A stretch of DNA of 64,000 bases from Porticoccus sp. (GTDB taxonomy: Bacteria; Pseudomonadota; Gammaproteobacteria; Pseudomonadales; Porticoccaceae): positions 11,451-75,450 of the forward strand of contig NVUM01000009.1 in the NCBI GenBank assembly GCA_002733125.1, given 5' to 3'. The position numbers and the translations under genes are program-made. Positions 60,023 through 64,000 of this stretch are shown here, piece after piece (within the stretch, counting starts at the first letter, position 1; the number at the start of each line of letters is the position of its first letter). A model generated the notes under the pieces. That model was not told the origin of the DNA and made no database searches. It saw nothing but the letters and a program-made list of their open reading frames with translations.

Positions 60023-60994
60023 ATGTTGCGTACCACATTGCTGGATGACAGTGGCCAGCTGCAACAGGGTGGTGTCGAACTGATTGATCGGTGGCGCCAG
60101 TCTGATAAAAGTTTTTTATGGCTGGACCTGTACGGTGAAGCCGAAAGCGAAGAAGACGCCCTGTTCGGCCAGTTTGGCATCCATCCCCTGGCGATGTCGG
60201 ATGCGAGAAGGCAGCGTCATCCGCCCAAACTGGAGGTGTTTGACGACCATCTGTTTATAGTCCTGCAGGGGCTCGATGCGGAAAGTCAGACTCTCGATTT
60301 TGGCAGGATACAGATAGCAATGTTTGCCGGGGAGCGGTTTCTGGTGACCCGGCGGGATGGCTTGTCGGTCAGTATCAATCACTGGTGGGGGGCAGACCAG
60401 TTGTCCAGAACCATGGCAGCTGGCGGTATCCATCTAGCGCTGGCCGTTTCCAAAACCGTGGCCCAGCGCTATCTCGACCTGCTGTTGGCGTTTGAACCGA
60501 CTCTGTCGGAGCTCGAGGACGGTCTGCAGGAGCATCCCGACGACCAGACCATGCGCGAGCTGACCACCCATCGCACCCGGTTGCGCAAACTTCGCCGGGT
60601 GTTCAGGTATCTGGCGGGCGTCTTTGAGGCGTTGCGCGAGGTGGATACTCCACTGTTCGATGCCGAGTCCCGGGAGTACCGCCATCAGTTGCTGGATGTC
60701 TACGAGAAATACGAACGTTTGTTCTCGCTGTCCACCATGTATTACGAAGTGGCCAGCGATCTGGTGGATGGTTACATTTCCCTGACTTCCCACAATCTCA
60801 ACAGTACGGTTCAGATTCTCACGGTGCTCACAGCGATTTTTGTGCCACTGACGTTTTTGGCGGGTATTTACGGTATGAATTTTGAGAACATGCCGGAGCT
60901 CGGCGCTGAAAACGGTTATTTTGTGTTGCTCGGGACAATGGCCCTGATTGCCATCATTTTACTGGCGGTGTTCAAACGCAAACACTGGCTATAG
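60023..60994 (+). CDS. CorA family Mg/Co transporter
   Basis: HPPKLE, PLTFLAGIYGMNFENMPEL. Confidence 0.92.
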   Translation: MLRTTLLDDSGQLQQGGVELIDRWRQSDKSFLWLDLYGEAESEEDALFGQFGIHPLAMSDARRQRHPPKLEVFDDHLFIVLQGLDAESQTLDFGRIQIAMFAGERFLVTRRDGLSVSINHWWGADQLSRTMAAGGIHLALAVSKTVAQRYLDLLLAFEPTLSELEDGLQEHPDDQTMRELTTHRTRLRKLRRVFRYLAGVFEALREVDTPLFDAESREYRHQLLDVYEKYERLFSLSTMYYEVASDLVDGYISLTSHNLNSTVQILTVLTAIFVPLTFLAGIYGMNFENMPELGAENGYFVLLGTMALIAIILLAVFKRKHWL

Positions 60995-61116
60995 GGGCTG
61001 TGATAAAAGCATTAAACGAATGGCTGCAATTCAGACTGCTAGAAATCGGCGGCCAGGGTTCCCAAAACTGAGGGGTAACCTCTGTTGGCCAATCGGGACA
61101 ACAGCGAGTCCTCCTC

Positions 61117-61299
61117 TTAGCGGCACTGCTGTCGCTCATTGTTGGCGACAAAGGCAAAGAAGCGACTCAGCTGCTCTGGCCCCAGGGTGACCGGATGCGC
61201 ATCACAGCCAAACAGCTTGCGGTTTTTTTGATAGTGACTGGCATACTTTGCCAGTCGAATCCGTGAGCGGAATTGGTAGACAAGTCTTGATGAAAACAT
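61117..61299 (-). pseudogene. intI: Integron integrase (intI) N-terminal remnant
   Basis: QFRSRIRLAKY and HPVTLG...F...ANNER match IntI1 QLRERIRYLHY and HPATLG...F...ANER; internal deletion, stop after 60 aa. Confidence 0.7.
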
Positions 61300-61314
61300 G
61301 GTTATTCTTCCAGG

Positions 61315-61330
61315 CTGTATATTTATACAG
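61315..61330. promoter_or_regulatory. LexA (SOS) box
   Basis: CTGTATATTTATACAG (CTG-N10-CAG), 15 bp upstream of the intI remnant ATG. Confidence 0.85.
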
Positions 61331-61420
61331 TATCTTAGCGATGTTCGCTGAAATAACAATACCTGAACAGAAAAAACTGGCTGCTTCCGGTTCCTGCATG
61401 GGGTCCCAATGGCAGAAAGC

Positions 61421-64000
61421 CTAATTGTCCAACAGTTTGCGCAGGAATTGCCCGGTGTGGGAGTGATCGACAGTGGCTACCTGTTCCGGTGTACCGGTGG
61501 CGATAATCTGTCCGCCCCCCGAGCCACCTTCCGGTCCTAAGTCTACTACCCAATCGGCGGTTTTGATCACATCGAGGTTGTGCTCGATCACCACCACGGT
61601 ATTGCCATGGTCCCGCAGCCGGTGCAGTACGGCCAGCAATTGTTGAATATCGTGAAAATGTAGGCCCGTAGTGGGCTCGTCCAGAATATAGAGGGTATTG
61701 CCGGTGTCCCGCTTGGACAGCTCGCGCGATAACTTTACCCGCTGGGCTTCGCCGCCGGACAGGGTAGTGGCTGCCTGTCCCAGCCGGATGTAGGACAGTC
61801 CCACGTCGATCAGGGTTTGCAGTTTGCGGGCAATCGCGGGCAGTGCCTCGAAGAAATCCCAGGCATCCTCCACGGTCATGTCCAGCACTTCGTGGATATT
61901 TTTGCCTTTGTAGCGAATTTCCAGCGTCTCCCGGTTATAGCGCTGCCCTTTGCAGACATCGCAGGGCACATAGATATCTGGCAGGAAATGCATTTCCACT
62001 TTAGTGACACCGTCGCCCTGGCATGCCTCGCAGCGACCACCCTTGACATTGAAGCTGAAACGGCCCGGTTTGTAGCCCCGTGAACGGGCTTCCTGGGTGC
62101 CGGCAAACAGCTCCCGGATGGGGGTAAAAATACCGGTGTAGGTGGCGGGATTGGAGCGAGGGGTGCGGCCAATGGGGCTCTGGTCGATATCCACGCATTT
62201 GTCCAGCAGGTCCAGTCCCTCCACGCCTTGATGTGGGGCGGCCTTGAGTGTAGTGGCTTTATTGAGCACCGTGGCGGCGAGGGGGTGGAGGGTGCCGTTG
62301 ATCAGGGTTGATTTGCCAGAACCGGACACCCCGGTAATACAGGTAAACAGGCCCAGTGGCAGGGTCAAATCGACCTGTTGCAGGTTGTTGCCGCTCGCTC
62401 CTAGCAACCGCAACTGCTGTCTGCCTGCTTTGGTGCGGTTGGCTGGAACTGCAATCATTTTCCGTCCAGAGAGGTAGTCTCCAGTCAGGGAGTTCGGTGC
62501 ATTGATAATATCCTCGTAGGTGCCGCGGGCGACAATCTCGCCGCCGTGCACTCCGGCGCCGGGTCCGATATCGACAATATAGTCGGCCGCCCGAATCGCC
62601 TCTTCGTCGTGTTCCACTACAATCACCGTGTTGCCCAGATCCCGCAGACGGGTAAGCGTGGCCAGCAGCCGTTCGTTATCCCGCTGGTGCAGTCCGATGG
62701 ACGGCTCATCGAGAATGTACATGACGCCCACCAGACCGGCACCGATCTGGCTGGCCAGGCGAATCCGCTGTGCTTCCCCACCGGATAGCGTGTCGGCACT
62801 GCGGTTCAGATTCAGATAATTCAGGCCGACATCCACCAGAAAGCGCAGGCGGTCGCGGATTTCCTTGAGGATTTTTTCAGCGATCTGACCACGGCTGCCG
62901 GACAGGCTGAGCTGTTCGTAGTAGTCCGTCAGTTCGCCCACCGGTATGTTGCCCACTTCCGGTAAGGTCTTCTCGTCGATAAACACATGTCTTGCCGACT
63001 TGCGCAAACGGGCACCCTTGCATTCGGGGCAGCTTTGAGTGCTCAGGTATTTTGCCAGGTCTTCCCGCACCATCTGCGACTCGGTCTCCCGATAGCGGCG
63101 CTCCATATTGGGGACAATGCCCTCAAAATGATGGGCGCGCTTGAAGACGGTGCCTTTATCATTCACGTAGTTGAATGTGACAACCTCCTCTCCGCTGCCA
63201 AATAGTACCACTTGCTGCTGTTGTGGGCTGAGCTGCTCAAAGGGCGTGTTGATATCGAAACCGTAATGGTCGGCCAGCGAGGTCAGCATGTTGAAATAAA
63301 ACAGGTTCTTGCGGTCCCAGCTGCGAATCGCGCCCTCGGCAATGGACACCTCCGGGTGTTGCACCACCCGGTCGATATCGAAGAATTGCTTGACGCCAAG
63401 GCCGTCGCAACCGGGGCAGGCCCCAGCTGGATTGTTGAAGGAAAACATCCGCGGTTCCAGCTCGTCGATGCTGTAATTGCAGACGGGGCAGGCAAAGCGG
63501 GAGGAAAACACCTGTTCCTTGAGCTGCTCACCCTCCATCCCGGTGATGATGGCCAGGCCTTCCGAGAGATTCAGTGCCGTTTCAAATGATTCCGCCAGCC
63601 GCAGCTGCAGATCGGGTTTGACCTTGAAGCGGTCAACCACCACCTCGATATCGTGTTTCTTGTTCTTTTCCAGAACCGGTACATCGTCGAGATCCACCAC
63701 CAGGCCGTCCACCCGCACCCGGATAAATCCCTGGGCCCTGAGGGTTTGAAACACATGAATGTGCTCCCCCTTGCGACCGCGAATAATCGGTGCCAACAGC
63801 ATCAGGCGGCTCTCGTCGGGCAGGGCGAGCACCTGATCCACCATCTGACTGATGGTCTGCGCCGCCAGCGGTTCGCCGTGTTCGGGACAGCGGGGTTCTC
63901 CAACCCGCGCAAAGAGTAGGCGCAGGTAATCGTGGATTTCGGTGATCGTGCCCACGGTGGAACGGGGATTGTGTGAAGTGGACTTCTGTTCGATGGAGAT
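61421..64000 (-). CDS. uvrA: Excinuclease ABC subunit A (5' end outside window)
   Basis: ISIEQK...NPRSTVGT, two [16 protein letters not shown], zinc fingers. Confidence 0.98.
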   Translation of the reverse strand: MSIEQKSTSHNPRSTVGTITEIHDYLRLLFARVGEPRCPEHGEPLAAQTISQMVDQVLALPDESRLMLLAPIIRGRKGEHIHVFQTLRAQGFIRVRVDGLVVDLDDVPVLEKNKKHDIEVVVDRFKVKPDLQLRLAESFETALNLSEGLAIITGMEGEQLKEQVFSSRFACPVCNYSIDELEPRMFSFNNPAGACPGCDGLGVKQFFDIDRVVQHPEVSIAEGAIRSWDRKNLFYFNMLTSLADHYGFDINTPFEQLSPQQQQVVLFGSGEEVVTFNYVNDKGTVFKRAHHFEGIVPNMERRYRETESQMVREDLAKYLSTQSCPECKGARLRKSARHVFIDEKTLPEVGNIPVGELTDYYEQLSLSGSRGQIAEKILKEIRDRLRFLVDVGLNYLNLNRSADTLSGGEAQRIRLASQIGAGLVGVMYILDEPSIGLHQRDNERLLATLTRLRDLGNTVIVVEHDEEAIRAADYIVDIGPGAGVHGGEIVARGTYEDIINAPNSLTGDYLSGRKMIAVPANRTKAGRQQLRLLGASGNNLQQVDLTLPLGLFTCITGVSGSGKSTLINGTLHPLAATVLNKATTLKAAPHQGVEGLDLLDKCVDIDQSPIGRTPRSNPATYTGIFTPIRELFAGTQEARSRGYKPGRFSFNVKGGRCEACQGDGVTKVEMHFLPDIYVPCDVCKGQRYNRETLEIRYKGKNIHEVLDMTVEDAWDFFEALPAIARKLQTLIDVGLSYIRLGQAATTLSGGEAQRVKLSRELSKRDTGNTLYILDEPTTGLHFHDIQQLLAVLHRLRDHGNTVVVIEHNLDVIKTADWVVDLGPEGGSGGGQIIATGTPEQVATVDHSHTGQFLRKLLDN

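Noticed and set aside
61315-61330. SOS box as the uvrA operator
   Set aside because: It lies past the uvrA stop codon; it fits the intI remnant instead.

Overview
GC-rich gammaproteobacterial chromosome segment; gene content suggests a marine Cellvibrionales-like host (inference). All protein calls are from motif recognition by eye, not database searches. Core genes: cysE, comF, BirA-controlled bioB-bioF-bioD, rpsU-yqeY-dnaG-rpoD, tRNA-Ile2(CAT), tsaD-folB-folK, cca, corA and partial uvrA. Accessory features: (1) an ~8.8 kb phage-satellite-like island in tRNA-Ile2 with 47-bp att repeats, carrying an opposite-strand three-gene operon of related winged-helix-like proteins, the last with a HEPN RxxxxH motif (best candidate for a new defence system); (2) a 13-gene operon for a putative proton-driven envelope machine (MotA/TolQ, two ExbD-like-vWA proteins, degenerate Hsp70/actin-fold protein, PEGA-FGE, TPR, TonB-C, lipoproteins, M48 protease); (3) a broken integron: attI-like site, a clear attC and cassettes at 39-40.7 kb, with a LexA-boxed intI remnant 20 kb away; (4) a Pcm-like methyltransferase fused to a PilB/GspE ATPase next to an orphan YehL-like AAA+ ATPase; (5) an HvfA-type EGKCG RiPP precursor with DoxX and ECF sigma/anti-sigma but no modifying enzyme. 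No CRISPR array or rRNA was seen.
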